Virus record (IMG/VR): IMGVR_UViG_2681813421_000002
Location: 1 to 64,000 of that record
DNA from: a virus
Taxonomy: Duplodnaviria > Heunggongvirae > Uroviricota > Caudoviricetes
Reading direction: 5' to 3' (one strand)
Length of the DNA stretch: 64,000 nucleotides
Made by a program: the position numbers and the translations under genes. This document shows, piece after piece, positions 30,553 through 40,116 of this stretch; within the stretch, counting starts at the first letter, position 1; each line of letters opens with the position of its first letter. The notes beneath the pieces are model-generated. The model was not told where the DNA came from. It did no database searches and saw only the letters and a program-made list of their open reading frames with translations.

Positions 30553-31206
30553 TCAAAGTATCACGGTATCTTCATCAACTTCTTTCCCAGCCAGTGACTT
30601 TGGCTGGGAGGTGCCTGCTTTAACTTTTTCATGCCCAATAATGGACAGGAACGAAGCGAGTATGCCTGTTTTTTGCTCTTTCTCGACTGTACCGATCATC
30701 TGCTCTACGTAATCCGCACTGGCAACGTTGTGGTATACGGTCGCGTAGCAACACAGGACCATCAGAATATGTTCCGGCCTGATATCCTGCCAGTTCACCC
30801 GGTAGACTTCTTCTCCGTTACCGTTGTATTCGGTGTCAACGATGGAGTCAGGGATTTCGAAAGCACCTTTGTTATTTTGCGGCAGGGATAATAGCTTCTG
30901 GAGTTTTAACTCTCTGTATCTTTCCATCCCGACGATGATTGCTGCTCTGCCATCGGCATGACGGGTCTTGAGAGTCACCTGGCTTGCTCCGGTGCCAGCG
31001 GAGATCGTTGGCGTTATTTCGTCTACCAGTACCTTAAATTTGCTTTTCCGCAGGGCTGCTATAGCTGGAGGAATTTTTTGCTTTTGCTCCAATGCTGACG
31101 CGGGAAGGGGTTTTACTTCGTTAATAATGAGAGCACCGTCTTTCAGTATTGCAGTGAGCATTTGAGGCTTGCTGGTGGTCAGGCTGAATATTGCGATCTT
31201 TTCCAT
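30553..31206 (-). CDS. Hypothetical protein
   Basis: Track ORF starts at GTG 31248; ATG at 31206 with GGAGGA RBS preferred; 217 aa; stop abuts the stop of the small hydrophobic ORF (convergent). Confidence 0.5.
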   Translation of the reverse strand: MEKIAIFSLTTSKPQMLTAILKDGALIINEVKPLPASALEQKQKIPPAIAALRKSKFKVLVDEITPTISAGTGASQVTLKTRHADGRAAIIVGMERYRELKLQKLLSLPQNNKGAFEIPDSIVDTEYNGNGEEVYRVNWQDIRPEHILMVLCCYATVYHNVASADYVEQMIGTVEKEQKTGILASFLSIIGHEKVKAGTSQPKSLAGKEVDEDTVIL

Positions 31207-31474
31207 TGTCCTTCCTCCACGGATGACGGATACAAAAAAAGGCCGCACATGGCGGCCTGCTTTGGCGTTATGACTCCCTACCGCGCTTCGGCTGAAAGTT
31301 AATCGTCAAAAGAACCTTCAACGGGAGCCGTTAGCGCGATGGATTATGTGCAGTTTGTGATTTCCAAAATAGTGTCAACCACTTTTTGTGGATTTTATTT
31401 TTTGACCGAAATTTGGCCTAAATCATGTTGATGTAGTTGATTGTTTTTGTAACATAAAACTTCATTTTGTTTAC

Positions 31475-32098
31475 ATGAAGGACGGTGTAGTGAAGTTAAG
31501 GGTTTTAGGGACCGCGCTCGCGGCTATGTTGGGATGCGTATCTGTTAATACAGCCAATGCAACTGCGTTACCTGCACAATTCAGGGCAGGGCAGCAGGTT
31601 ATGAATAACGCTGGTGGGGATCATTCACAAGCGGCAATTATGGACTTTTGCAAGAGAGAGGGCATTCCATTACGGCCTGTTGGAACTCAGTTTATTGGTA
31701 AAACTGACTTTTGCGTTTTTGCATATACAGCATATCTGACGGACAAAGCTATAACAAAAACAGGTTATTCAACCAAAGATACTCTTTCCAGATTAAGTCA
31801 GGGATGGCAGCAATTCGAAGTGTATCGCCAGCAAGGATTAGGTGAGTTATTACAACCACTTTTTATGCTTGCGTTGGTGCCCGAGGGGCAGCAATTTTTG
31901 GTTAAAAAGGGAATGCTTCGCCAAAGTGATATTGCCGGGTTCGATAGCATGATGGCTTATGAGCGCAAACTAACCGAGCAGCGAAATAAAAAACCATCTG
32001 CTTCATGTGTGCAAAGTAAAACAGCAGAATACAGTGCAGTAGCCGGGCCTTTAGCCAAACAAATGGCAGAGCAATGGTGTAAAAAATACGGGCAATAA
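31475..32098 (+). CDS. Secreted/periplasmic protein, unknown function
   Basis: N-terminal signal peptide LGTALAAMLGCVSVNTANA; 207 aa. Confidence 0.5.
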   Translation: MKDGVVKLRVLGTALAAMLGCVSVNTANATALPAQFRAGQQVMNNAGGDHSQAAIMDFCKREGIPLRPVGTQFIGKTDFCVFAYTAYLTDKAITKTGYSTKDTLSRLSQGWQQFEVYRQQGLGELLQPLFMLALVPEGQQFLVKKGMLRQSDIAGFDSMMAYERKLTEQRNKKPSASCVQSKTAEYSAVAGPLAKQMAEQWCKKYGQ

Positions 32099-32118
32099 GT
32101 TACGCAGCGGAGGCAGAA

Positions 32119-32511
32119 TTGAAAAGATTGGCTATTGCTTTACTGGCGTCTTTCCCTTTGATCGCGAGCGCCGGAAATTTACAAGTTAAGTGCGGTCGGT
32201 TTGATATAAAAATCTATCCAGATGCCATATTTCTGAATGGGAATAAGGTTGATAACGCACACCGAAAAACTGAATCTGACGTAATGAGCTATGTGTTCCA
32301 GGAGTATGCGGAGATGGGGGGAACTTACACGCTGTACTCGCTGGATGTTCCTTCTCGCGGTGATATGACATTATCCCATCAATGGCAGAACGCCGATGGC
32401 GAAGCTCTGCGCGAGGTTAAAACAGAAAAATGTGGCACTTTCCATTCTTTTAAAGGGAAAGCGCCAAATGTTAAATCTGTGCTTGAAAAACAGCGCGCAG
32501 GTGAGCTTTAA
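32119..32511 (+). CDS. Secreted/periplasmic protein, unknown function
   Basis: TTG start with GGAGG RBS; signal peptide MKRLAIALLASFPLIASA; 130 aa. Confidence 0.5.
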   Translation: MKRLAIALLASFPLIASAGNLQVKCGRFDIKIYPDAIFLNGNKVDNAHRKTESDVMSYVFQEYAEMGGTYTLYSLDVPSRGDMTLSHQWQNADGEALREVKTEKCGTFHSFKGKAPNVKSVLEKQRAGEL

Positions 32512-32819
32512 ACACCTTTAACCACGGAGATGCCGTTTCCTGCACGATAGCGGCGGGGAACGGAATTCTCCATCAGGTCACGAATTACTCCCGCCTCATG
32601 TAGTTCCTCTGTTTCCCAGTATCTGTTTGTCACCAGATCGAGGCTGGCTATGACCTTGTGCCGGTCATTCGGCATAGCCAATTTTTCTGCTATAACCATC
32701 AGTGAAAACTCTTCATCCAGTAGGATTTGATACCAGACTTTTGACAGTTCCAACTCTCTAATGAGGGTGAAGCGCCGCTCAAGTGTGGCGGCAGAATAAG
32801 TGAAATCTATTTTTTTCAT
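32508..32819 (-). CDS. Hypothetical protein downstream of antirepressor
   Basis: 103-aa ORF; GC hairpin CCCCGGCG/CGCCGGGG at 32850-32868 separates it from the Rha gene. Confidence 0.4.
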   Translation of the reverse strand: MKKIDFTYSAATLERRFTLIRELELSKVWYQILLDEEFSLMVIAEKLAMPNDRHKVIASLDLVTNRYWETEELHEAGVIRDLMENSVPRRYRAGNGISVVKGV

Positions 32820-32878
32820 CGTGCGGATAATCCGATTATTTGGCAGTTAAATCCCCGGCGTCGCCGGGGATGCAGCAT

Positions 32879-33820
32879 TTAACTAACAATCCAGTCCATA
32901 GCAATAACATCCTCTGGAGCTAAATCAATAGCATGGATTTTCCCGTCACGGATGGTGCGCCAGTGCTTTCGTGATCCACCTTCGGGCCACACCCATATAC
33001 CTTCAGGCCAGGAAGAACGACGACACACTGTTGCGTATCCAGTCCTGATCTTCTCTCTGACGGTATGTAGTGACAGATTATCCTTTGGGCTTTCAGGCAC
33101 AGGATGGTGGATTGCCTGAAACATCCCCATCTTTGGATGATACCAGCGTTTATTGCGTGGTTCTGCCTCCGACATCACCTGCTTAAAGGCTTTCCGGAAG
33201 GGGGCCAGGGCCACAATGGAGCGTCGCGCAAGCAAACCATCTGGAGTTAAAAACTCATGCGTATCGGTGGGAATCCGGAAAGCGTTAACCAGGTTGCGAC
33301 ATTTGGCTTCAGTCAGGCCACATTTCGCCGCCAGCTGGCGGTAGCCAATGTAGCCTTCCGGAATATTGCCTTTCTTTATTTGCTCGAGTGTTTCAGCGAC
33401 CATCGATACTTGTGCTGATACCTCGGCTACCTGGGCATTTACGGCGTTGATCCGGCGTTCATGCTCAAGATGCATTTGCGCCATTTCAGCCAGGATTTCG
33501 GCTTTTGATTTTAACTGTACCCGGGCATTCTCCAGTTCGCGCCAGCGGTCCACCAGCCGGGCGGTGAATTCCGGAGAGAGCTGCGCGACGACAATGATGC
33601 TGTCTCGTTTTCCTTGTTCGCCTTCAAATATGTAAGCCTTGGAAAATCGACGAGGGCCAACTGATTGTTTATTTTCAATTTCCACAGATTGTGGAAATTG
33701 GATCACACTCTTTTTAGCCAGTGTTTCGATAGTTCTCTTCACACTATCTTGGCGACTTCCTACCAGTTCCGCGATCTCAATGCTGGTCATTGTCGCTTTT
33801 TGAGAGATGGACAGATTCAT
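32879..33820 (-). CDS. Rha-family phage regulatory protein / antirepressor candidate
   Basis: N-terminal MTSIEIAELVGSRQDSVKRTIETL matches Rha/pRha family pattern; translationally coupled to upstream small ORF; position analogous to P1 ant. Confidence 0.65.
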   Translation of the reverse strand: MNLSISQKATMTSIEIAELVGSRQDSVKRTIETLAKKSVIQFPQSVEIENKQSVGPRRFSKAYIFEGEQGKRDSIIVVAQLSPEFTARLVDRWRELENARVQLKSKAEILAEMAQMHLEHERRINAVNAQVAEVSAQVSMVAETLEQIKKGNIPEGYIGYRQLAAKCGLTEAKCRNLVNAFRIPTDTHEFLTPDGLLARRSIVALAPFRKAFKQVMSEAEPRNKRWYHPKMGMFQAIHHPVPESPKDNLSLHTVREKIRTGYATVCRRSSWPEGIWVWPEGGSRKHWRTIRDGKIHAIDLAPEDVIAMDWIVS

Positions 33821-34035
33821 CAGTGCACCTCCACGCAGTTCATTGGCAGATTCCAGTAATTGAGGATCTCCATCGCATCAAGAGTGAAGCGTGCGGCAAA
33901 AATGCAGGGTTCTTCAGGAAGGTATGAACGAGCTTCTGCTTCGGTTGCAGCCATGACGCAGATATACAGGTGTTTTTGGCAGGAATAGAAACGCCAGATA
34001 AATTCAGAATGAGTTGGGGTAGGGATAGTAGCCAT
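33820..34035 (-). CDS. Small protein coupled to antirepressor (Icd-like position)
   Basis: 71 aa; AAGGAGG RBS; stop overlaps Rha start (ATGA); P1 icd overlaps ant similarly. Confidence 0.45.
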   Translation of the reverse strand: MATIPTPTHSEFIWRFYSCQKHLYICVMAATEAEARSYLPEEPCIFAARFTLDAMEILNYWNLPMNCVEVH

Positions 34036-34039
34036 ATTG

Positions 34040-34327
34040 GCAGCCTCCTTTTGCTAATTTAAGGAGCTACCGCGTGAGGTTCCAATCTCAATGGCGGTAG
34101 CACTGACTGGGTTGGAACTACCGGCGCAAAAGGGAACCGGCCTGCCTTTCGGCAGCCCAGCCAGCACTACCATTGATCTCTGAGCTAAACGCTACGTATG
34201 GCTGTGCGATGGCATGACACAAGAAAAGACGCTTTCGGCGTCTGTGTCGCCTTTTGCATTATCCGGGGTTCCAATCCCGGCACCCGTTTTTCTAAGGTGC
34301 CGTAGAAATATACCCCACGATAATGCC
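34040..34327 (-). other. ORF-free structured region between two small immI-like ORFs
   Basis: Multiple mutually complementary GC-rich segments (AGCTACCGCG/CGCGGTAGC pairs etc.); no plausible ORF. Confidence 0.3.
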
Positions 34328-34495
34328 AGGGCGCAACAGTCAGTATTTTATGCTTTGGCGGATTTCTTCCGGGCTTGCTTGCAGGCGTAGGCCATTGCTT
34401 TAGCTTTCACTTCATCCAGCTTCCCGGTAATCACTTCTTTTCCGAGAGTGACAAACCAGTCATAGCAACCGCCAGTAATGTTCTTGATTTGAAAG
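34328..34495 (-). CDS. Small protein (55 aa)
   Basis: ATG at 34495 with GGGGGAG RBS; product MTVRYLNFQIKNITGGCYDWFVTLGKEVITGKLDEVKAKAMAYACKQARKKSAKA; below track cutoff. Confidence 0.4.
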
Positions 34496-34835
34496 TTGAG
34501 GTAGCGAACAGTCATTTTGACTCCCCCAGCGCGAATAAAGAATGCAGATTATCGCGTGAGTGGTGGACGACGAGTGATGGGAAAAGACTGTAGTTGTTCA
34601 TAGTGTAGTGACTCCTTGCTTTCGGAGCCGCCATCGACTGTTCCACGGTCTGGTGGCGGCGCAATAAAGGCTGGAACACCGTGAGTCAACGGGGGCTTTT
34701 CAGCCACCTATATTGCACCGCCATAGGTATGGCGGGGGCAATAATACGAAAAACTAAACAGTTTGTCTCAAAAAGTTGACCGGTGTGCCAATCGGTAGTG
34801 AATGTACATCGGAGAAATTTACAATTCAACTTAAA
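34496..34835 (-). ncRNA. Long structured 5' leader, candidate c4-like antisense regulatory RNA
   Basis: About 330 nt between operator motif and small ORF, several hairpins (GCCATACCTATGGCGG, GCCGCCACC...GGTGGCGGC); analogous to P1 immI where c4 RNA precedes icd-ant. Confidence 0.25.
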
Positions 34836-34837
34836 AT

Positions 34838-34851
34838 GTTAGAAAACTAAT
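34838..34851 (-). promoter_or_regulatory. Operator-like motif (TTAGTTTTCTAACA on minus strand)
   Basis: TCTAACA core, heads the immI-like transcription unit. Confidence 0.5.
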
Positions 34852-35425
34852 TTATTAATTCAATCGCCATCTGATACAACGCCATTTCATCGGCATTGTG
34901 CCGTATGAAATCTGCTTTTCCGCCTATTTTTCCATCAGCATGAACAGGGACCAGCCAGGGATATTGTTCTCGGACCTCGGCTGGCGCTGCGTACTGGTGG
35001 TGCCATTTACACAAAGGGAGGACATATTTATGTGCGTTCTCTGCCGTTCTCCCGAAGATATGGTGCAGGGATACCACTGGGCTATGTTGCCCGTGAATAT
35101 GGCAGGCAATGCAGGGGAGAGTACCGATAGCGGTCTGTATCCGGCGTTCATCGGCTGTGAGTGATCTGCCCTTCAGGCCGCGTGACGTGCGTGTTTTTTT
35201 GGGCGGAGCGGATACAGCTTTATCTTTTCTCCGCTGTTCATATTGCTTTGCTTTTTCAATTTTCTTTTGCCGATATTCAGGCGATGCGGCTTTTTCTCTC
35301 GCTCGCTGCTGCTGGCGTTGAGCTTGTTGAAGGCGCTTTGCCCTTTGTTCCTCTCGCCAGGCTGGGTCAGCCAATTTTTGCATGGCTTTTTGTCTCTGTT
35401 TCTCCCAATAGCTCTGTTTCTGCAT
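34847..35425 (-). CDS. Ref-like HNH endonuclease (P1 ref-like)
   Basis: Highly basic low-complexity N-terminal half plus C-terminal Cys/His cluster CIACHIHGQH...HHIFG...CKWHH typical of HNH; operator motifs on both flanks (P1 ref is C1-controlled). Confidence 0.5.
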   Translation of the reverse strand: MQKQSYWEKQRQKAMQKLADPAWREEQRAKRLQQAQRQQQRAREKAASPEYRQKKIEKAKQYEQRRKDKAVSAPPKKTRTSRGLKGRSLTADERRIQTAIGTLPCIACHIHGQHSPVVSLHHIFGRTAENAHKYVLPLCKWHHQYAAPAEVREQYPWLVPVHADGKIGGKADFIRHNADEMALYQMAIELIN

Positions 35426-35489
35426 GATGGCTGCCTCTTACTTTTCAGCTATTTTTCTATGATTGATCAAAACAGTTAGATATTCAAAA

Positions 35490-35509
35490 TTGATTTTCTA
35501 ACACAAAAC
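35490..35509 (+). promoter_or_regulatory. Operator-like motif TTGATTTTCTAACACAAAAC
   Basis: TCTAACA core in divergent intergenic region between the Ref-like gene and plus-strand operon. Confidence 0.5.
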
Positions 35510-35697
35510 ATTAATATCATTCCTGATAACTGTTTGGAGGACATGATGCTTATAGCTTTAAGTGCGATCCACCAGCCATCTGTGAATGAGATTGGCCTGT
35601 TCTATGTGTTGTTTTTCGGGGCGTTGGCGCTACTTGAACTTGGTATTGAGCTTTTCGCAGTGCTTATGTTTTGCGTCACGATTTTGGGGAAATTTTG

Positions 35698-36309
35698 ATG
35701 GTGAAACGTGTTTTGAAAATTTACATCGCGGGGCCGATGACTGGTTATCCAGATTACAACCGTGCGGCGTTTAATGCGAAAGCGAGCGAGCTGATGGCTG
35801 AAGGGCATATCGTTCTGAATCCAGCGGTGTTACCTGGTGGCCTTTGCCAGAGTGAATACATGGATATTTGCCTGGCAATGGTGCGTTCTGCTGATGCGAT
35901 TTATTTGCTCAATCGATGGGAAGAATCGGTTGGTGCTCGTGCAGAGCACGCGCTGGCTGAAAAGCTGGGGCTGACTGTAATTTATGAGTCACCAACCAAC
36001 ATTGAATGCCAGGTTGCTCCGCATATTTACCGGGAACTGGTCAATGCACTGCGTGATATCGCTGCTGTATATCACGGCACAGAACAGCTTCGTGAGCGTT
36101 TAGCCCATACCATTTCCTATTACCTTTCTTTATCTCATGAGCACAAGCTCCGCCAGAAGGTAATGATCAAATTTATCATGAGGTTATCGAAATCCCTGGC
36201 AAACGCCGATCCAAAGAATCCATTACCGAAAGAGGCAATGAATTACCTGAAGTCCTGCAACGTTGTTTCTGAAGATGGCGTTCTTTTGGTTAGAAGGAGT
36301 TCTGCGTGA
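35698..36309 (+). CDS. DUF4406-like (nucleoside 2-deoxyribosyltransferase-like) protein with extra C-terminal domain
   Basis: KIYIAGPMTGYPDYNRAAF...GHIVLNPA resembles DUF4406 signature; C-terminal 40 aa homologous to C-terminal region of the 43840-45246 product. Confidence 0.5.
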   Translation: MVKRVLKIYIAGPMTGYPDYNRAAFNAKASELMAEGHIVLNPAVLPGGLCQSEYMDICLAMVRSADAIYLLNRWEESVGARAEHALAEKLGLTVIYESPTNIECQVAPHIYRELVNALRDIAAVYHGTEQLRERLAHTISYYLSLSHEHKLRQKVMIKFIMRLSKSLANADPKNPLPKEAMNYLKSCNVVSEDGVLLVRRSSA

Positions 36310-36623
36310 GCTGGCGGGGATGGGGAAGGGCAGAAATCATGATACTCCGCCAGTGCGCCGGAACTATGACGGTCGAGAGTATTGGGAAGCTGATCGGTCG
36401 TACCGGTGATGCCGTCAGGACTAAAGCGCGGGAGTTGGGGATCAGCATGATTCTGAAAGGAGACTTTCATCCGTCAGTCAAATACCGGCAGAGCGATATA
36501 GAACTGGCACGGCAGCTTCATCAGTGTGGTGTTCCCCGCCGTGAGATCGCGGAAAAACTCGAAATGCCCCTGGGCATGATTAATCAGTACGTTTATTTCG
36601 AAAGGAGAGTGTATGAAGTCTGA
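36306..36623 (+). CDS. Hypothetical protein with HTH-like segments
   Basis: 105-aa ORF overlapping neighbours by 4 and 11 nt. Confidence 0.4.
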   Translation: MSWRGWGRAEIMILRQCAGTMTVESIGKLIGRTGDAVRTKARELGISMILKGDFHPSVKYRQSDIELARQLHQCGVPRREIAEKLEMPLGMINQYVYFERRVYEV

Positions 36624-37116
36624 AGGTTTAACGCCCGCACAACTGGCAGAGCGTAACGCTGAGTATGTAACGGAAATTTCCCGACTTGAGAAAGCGTGTG
36701 CTGCGCTGGCGGCGGAGAATGCACTTGCTCGTAAAGCAGTTCAGGCATTCTGCGATGTTGTTGGCGACAACACCGAGGTTATCTGCGAGGTGGCAGGGAG
36801 AGATGGCGTTCTGGTTATTTTGGAGGCCATGAAGGCAACAGGAAATATGCCAGTCACCGATGCTTTCCTGGCTGAAATTCGTGCGGAGGCTCGCAACGAG
36901 GGGATTAACTATACCGCAAGCCGTCTTGCTGCTGCTTTCAACCACGGATTTATCAATAAGTCTTTACGTGAAGTTTTCGACGTTACGCGCATGATTCTGT
37001 CAGCGAAAGAAGAGTTGGCTAATGAACCGCACCCGATTGATGGCCTGTCCGGTGAATATGCGGAGAAATCCCTTGAAGAATGGGCGGAACAGATTCGCAA
37101 AGGAGCTGACAAGTGA
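36613..37116 (+). CDS. Ead/Ea22-like family protein (paralogue 1)
   Basis: Shares about 180-nt module (ALAAENALARKAVQAFCDVVGDNTEVI...AMKATGNM) with 41396-42034 gene. Confidence 0.6.
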   Translation: MKSEGLTPAQLAERNAEYVTEISRLEKACAALAAENALARKAVQAFCDVVGDNTEVICEVAGRDGVLVILEAMKATGNMPVTDAFLAEIRAEARNEGINYTASRLAAAFNHGFINKSLREVFDVTRMILSAKEELANEPHPIDGLSGEYAEKSLEEWAEQIRKGADK

Positions 37117-37523
37117 AGAGGATGATTTTTGTGGCGGCATTGCTGACCATTACCCAACAGGCGCAGGCTTCAGCAGTTATTGTGGCATCTACCGCCGCGA
37201 CCACGGCTGCTGTAGCTGCTGCGAACTCTGCGAATATCGCAAACCAACAGTCACAGCGTGCTGCCAATGCATCAGCTAGTGTTCACCCAATCGCCATTAA
37301 GACCGGCAAGAAAAATATAGGTTTCATAACATGCGGCAAACGTTCTGACGAGGCTGTAGGTTCACTTGGATGTACGGTATATGGGGATAGTGAGAGTAGA
37401 GAAATTCCATGGAAAACGTGGCCCGGATACGTTCTCGGCTCGAAGCTTCCTGCCAGCTATGAAGTAAACGCCGTATCGTTTGATCACTATAACGGTGTGG
37501 CAACTGTCTATTTTGCATATTGA
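37113..37523 (+). CDS. Secreted protein, unknown
   Basis: Signal peptide MKRMIFVAALLTITQQAQA followed by Ala-rich region. Confidence 0.45.
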   Translation: MKRMIFVAALLTITQQAQASAVIVASTAATTAAVAAANSANIANQQSQRAANASASVHPIAIKTGKKNIGFITCGKRSDEAVGSLGCTVYGDSESREIPWKTWPGYVLGSKLPASYEVNAVSFDHYNGVATVYFAY

Positions 37524-38284
37524 GGCTCCGCATGAAATTCTCCAAATTTTCTGAGTTGGTGAATCGTATTTTGTCCAATAACCACAGCCATCGTCGCGAT
37601 ATGGATGTAACGATCGTTGTTCATTCGCCTGGCAGCATTGGTTCAACACCCTCAGTTGAGGTTCAGTCAATTCACGCTGGTTTTGATTGGGATTCCGGGA
37701 AAGTGCTGATTTTCCCAGCACAGCCACTGACCACGCTAACACCAGAACAGATTACTGATATTACTGATAGTGTGCGCAAAGGTCAGTCCTGGCACGCATA
37801 TCAGGAATACAAGAAGCATAAAGAGCAGTTGGAAAAATTATCGATTGAACTTGATGCCGCAAAACAGCGCATTGCAGAGCTGGAGGGTAATCGCGCGGCG
37901 CTGGCGGCGGAGAATGCAGGGCTGAATAAATTTATCGCACAGAGTTGCTACGTGTTTGATGGCGAGCAGGATGAAATATCTGATGCGTATATCTGCGCAA
38001 CAGATGGAGGGATGCCGCAAACACCAGCCACCGATGCTTTTCTGGCTGAAGTGAAGACTGAAGCACGCAAGGAGGGCGCTTACTTTGTGGCGAACAGAAT
38101 GCTGGCTGCCTGGGAAGCTGGTTTTATTGATGATACTGCGAAGAACGCCGCGGATATTGCCCGGATGATTCTTACCTCTACTGAGTTTATGGCTAATGCG
38201 CCGGAAGGCGATTTTGACCGCTCATTCTCTGATGGCGTTCTCGAAGATATCGCCGCCCAGCTTGGAAAAGGAGGCAAACAGTGA
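37520..38284 (+). CDS. Ead/Ea22-like family protein (paralogue 2)
   Basis: Coiled-coil plus shared segments ALAAENAGLNKFIAQ and TDAFLAEVKTEARKEG; identical C-terminal coupling junction ...AAQLGKGGKQ. Confidence 0.6.
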   Translation: MRLRMKFSKFSELVNRILSNNHSHRRDMDVTIVVHSPGSIGSTPSVEVQSIHAGFDWDSGKVLIFPAQPLTTLTPEQITDITDSVRKGQSWHAYQEYKKHKEQLEKLSIELDAAKQRIAELEGNRAALAAENAGLNKFIAQSCYVFDGEQDEISDAYICATDGGMPQTPATDAFLAEVKTEARKEGAYFVANRMLAAWEAGFIDDTAKNAADIARMILTSTEFMANAPEGDFDRSFSDGVLEDIAAQLGKGGKQ

Positions 38285-38529
38285 GCAATTCAGCACGACT
38301 ACAGCTTGGTTTTTCACCGCTATCAAAAACAATCGTGTTGGCAAAAATGCGTGACTTAGGGGATGGAACAAAACGTCGTGTCGGCAATGATCGCGGTCGC
38401 GATGTAACCAACGAGGCCGCACAACTCGTTTGGCATCTAGTCATGGCTGAAGGCGGTGAAATTAATTGGGAGCTGGATGATGGTTCTCGCATGGTATTAA
38501 AGGCAGAAAAGCAGGAGCCACCACAGTGA
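38281..38529 (+). CDS. Hypothetical small protein
   Basis: GTG start coupled by AAGGAGG junction. Confidence 0.4.
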   Translation: MSNSARLQLGFSPLSKTIVLAKMRDLGDGTKRRVGNDRGRDVTNEAAQLVWHLVMAEGGEINWELDDGSRMVLKAEKQEPPQ

Positions 38530-38819
38530 ATATCGACACCACGATAACGATTGATACGGCCCTAAATACCGGTCTGGCACTTCTCGGTTGGCTTTACATC
38601 ATGTCCAGTACATGGCGATGGCTGGGTTCCATTTTCCTGAAACAGTGGAAAAAACGGCGCAAACAGGAATTACGCCAGAAGGCATTAGAAGCGTTCTATG
38701 ACGCATTTGAACTTAGCCGCATTGAACCAGGCACAACAGCCAGGATAGCGACAAAAGGCGACCTGATGATAGTGATGTTCCGACAGGAGAAAGCAAATGG
38801 CAGCAAAGCGAATGACTAA
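38526..38819 (+). CDS. Small membrane protein
   Basis: 97 aa with hydrophobic N-terminal helix; C-terminal segment recurs as a short ORF at 41127-41210. Confidence 0.4.
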   Translation: MNIDTTITIDTALNTGLALLGWLYIMSSTWRWLGSIFLKQWKKRRKQELRQKALEAFYDAFELSRIEPGTTARIATKGDLMIVMFRQEKANGSKAND

Positions 38820-39021
38820 TCGCGAACTTGTTGATGCCGCGATTGAACTTGCTGGCGATTTTTATTCCATGATGGGGTACACGCATCGCCCAGGCTTCAA
38901 ATATTGGGAGTCTCCGCACCCGCAAGAGCAACGGGTATTTCAAATGGCCTGTCGCGCTTTTGAAGTTATTCGCGGTTCTGATGTGATGGACGCGGTTGCT
39001 GATTTGGAGGATGAAGAGTGA
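38797..39021 (+). CDS. Hypothetical small protein
   Basis: 74-aa ORF in tight operon. Confidence 0.4.
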   Translation: MAAKRMTNRELVDAAIELAGDFYSMMGYTHRPGFKYWESPHPQEQRVFQMACRAFEVIRGSDVMDAVADLEDEE

Positions 39022-39329
39022 ACACAATTAAAGAAATGCCGGTAGAACGTGATGAATATGGCTGCTGGACACATCCGGAGTATGAAAAGTTTTGCGCAGG
39101 TCGTGAATATATATCCACTGAGGAATTTGACGCCTGGATGAAGGAAAATAATCTTCAGTGGACTATTCGCAGTATGGATGAAGATGATTTTGGTCTGGAC
39201 GCAGCTGGTCCCGATATTGCCGCCTGGGAACCGGAGCGACCAGAGGGTGAAGGCTGGTTTGTTGGCTCTATTCATGACACTGAAGATGGTCCAGTTTGTA
39301 TCTGGCTGCGGGAGAAGGTTGCCGCATGA
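39018..39329 (+). CDS. Hypothetical protein
   Basis: 103-aa ORF; stop overlaps ppp start. Confidence 0.4.
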   Translation: MNTIKEMPVERDEYGCWTHPEYEKFCAGREYISTEEFDAWMKENNLQWTIRSMDEDDFGLDAAGPDIAAWEPERPEGEGWFVGSIHDTEDGPVCIWLREKVAA

Positions 39330-40018
39330 TCCAGGCTATGCATGAAATGAATTTATATAGCCGTATTGATGGTTCTGGCTACAGAAACATATGGGTTGTT
39401 GGTGATCTGCATGGTTGCTACACCAGACTGATGTCCGAACTCCATCGTGTGGATTTTGACCCGACGCAGGATTTACTGATATCGGTTGGCGACCTTATCG
39501 ATCGCGGTACTGAAAATGTCGAATGTCTGGAACTATTGCAGATGCCCTGGTTCAGGGCAGTAATGGGGAACCATGAGCGGTTGATGCTTGATGCGTTAAG
39601 TCCTGATGGCAACGTGAATAACTGGCTAATGAATGGCGGACAATGGTTCTTCATGCTGGACACTGATCAGGAAATATTAGCCAAGGCGCTGGTGGAGCTG
39701 GTAAAGCGTCTGCCATATATCATTGAGTTGAACACCGGGCATGAAACTATCGTTATAGCCCATGCCGACTATCCAGGTGGAGAGTACCAGTTCGGTAAGG
39801 ATGTGTCGCTTTTTGATGTTGTCTGGTCGCGCAGTCGCGTCGGTGATTCGATAGATGGCATTGGTGGAGAAATCACAGGCGCAGATCGCTTTATCTTTGG
39901 GCACACACCGGTACGAAGACCAAAAGCATACTGGAATCAGCACTACATAGACACGGGCGCGGTTTTTTGCGGAAATCTGACGCTAATGCAGGTGAAGGGA
40001 GGGCAGCTTAAAGTCTGA
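39326..40018 (+). CDS. ppp: Ser/Thr protein phosphatase (lambda PPase / P1 Ppp / PrpA-like)
   Basis: Metallophosphatase motifs GDLHGC, GDLIDRG, GNHE; ATG 39326 with RBS. Confidence 0.85.
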   Translation: MIQAMHEMNLYSRIDGSGYRNIWVVGDLHGCYTRLMSELHRVDFDPTQDLLISVGDLIDRGTENVECLELLQMPWFRAVMGNHERLMLDALSPDGNVNNWLMNGGQWFFMLDTDQEILAKALVELVKRLPYIIELNTGHETIVIAHADYPGGEYQFGKDVSLFDVVWSRSRVGDSIDGIGGEITGADRFIFGHTPVRRPKAYWNQHYIDTGAVFCGNLTLMQVKGGQLKV

Positions 40019-40060
40019 TCAAATCATTTACGCACTCAAAATCACATTAGAACATTGATT

Positions 40061-40080
40061 TTAGTTTTCTAACATATTAT
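40061..40080 (+). promoter_or_regulatory. Operator-like motif TTAGTTTTCTAACATATTAT
   Basis: Near-identical 18-mer also at 61634 and 62892. Confidence 0.55.
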
Positions 40081-40116
40081 TTTACCGATCGGAACAAAAC
40101 AGAGTCGGTATGCATT

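Noticed and set aside
34375-34593. 72-aa plus-strand ORF in the immI-like leader
   Set aside because: The opposite strand carries a 55-aa ORF with strong GGGGGAG RBS in the same interval and fits the operon direction; plus ORF has no RBS.
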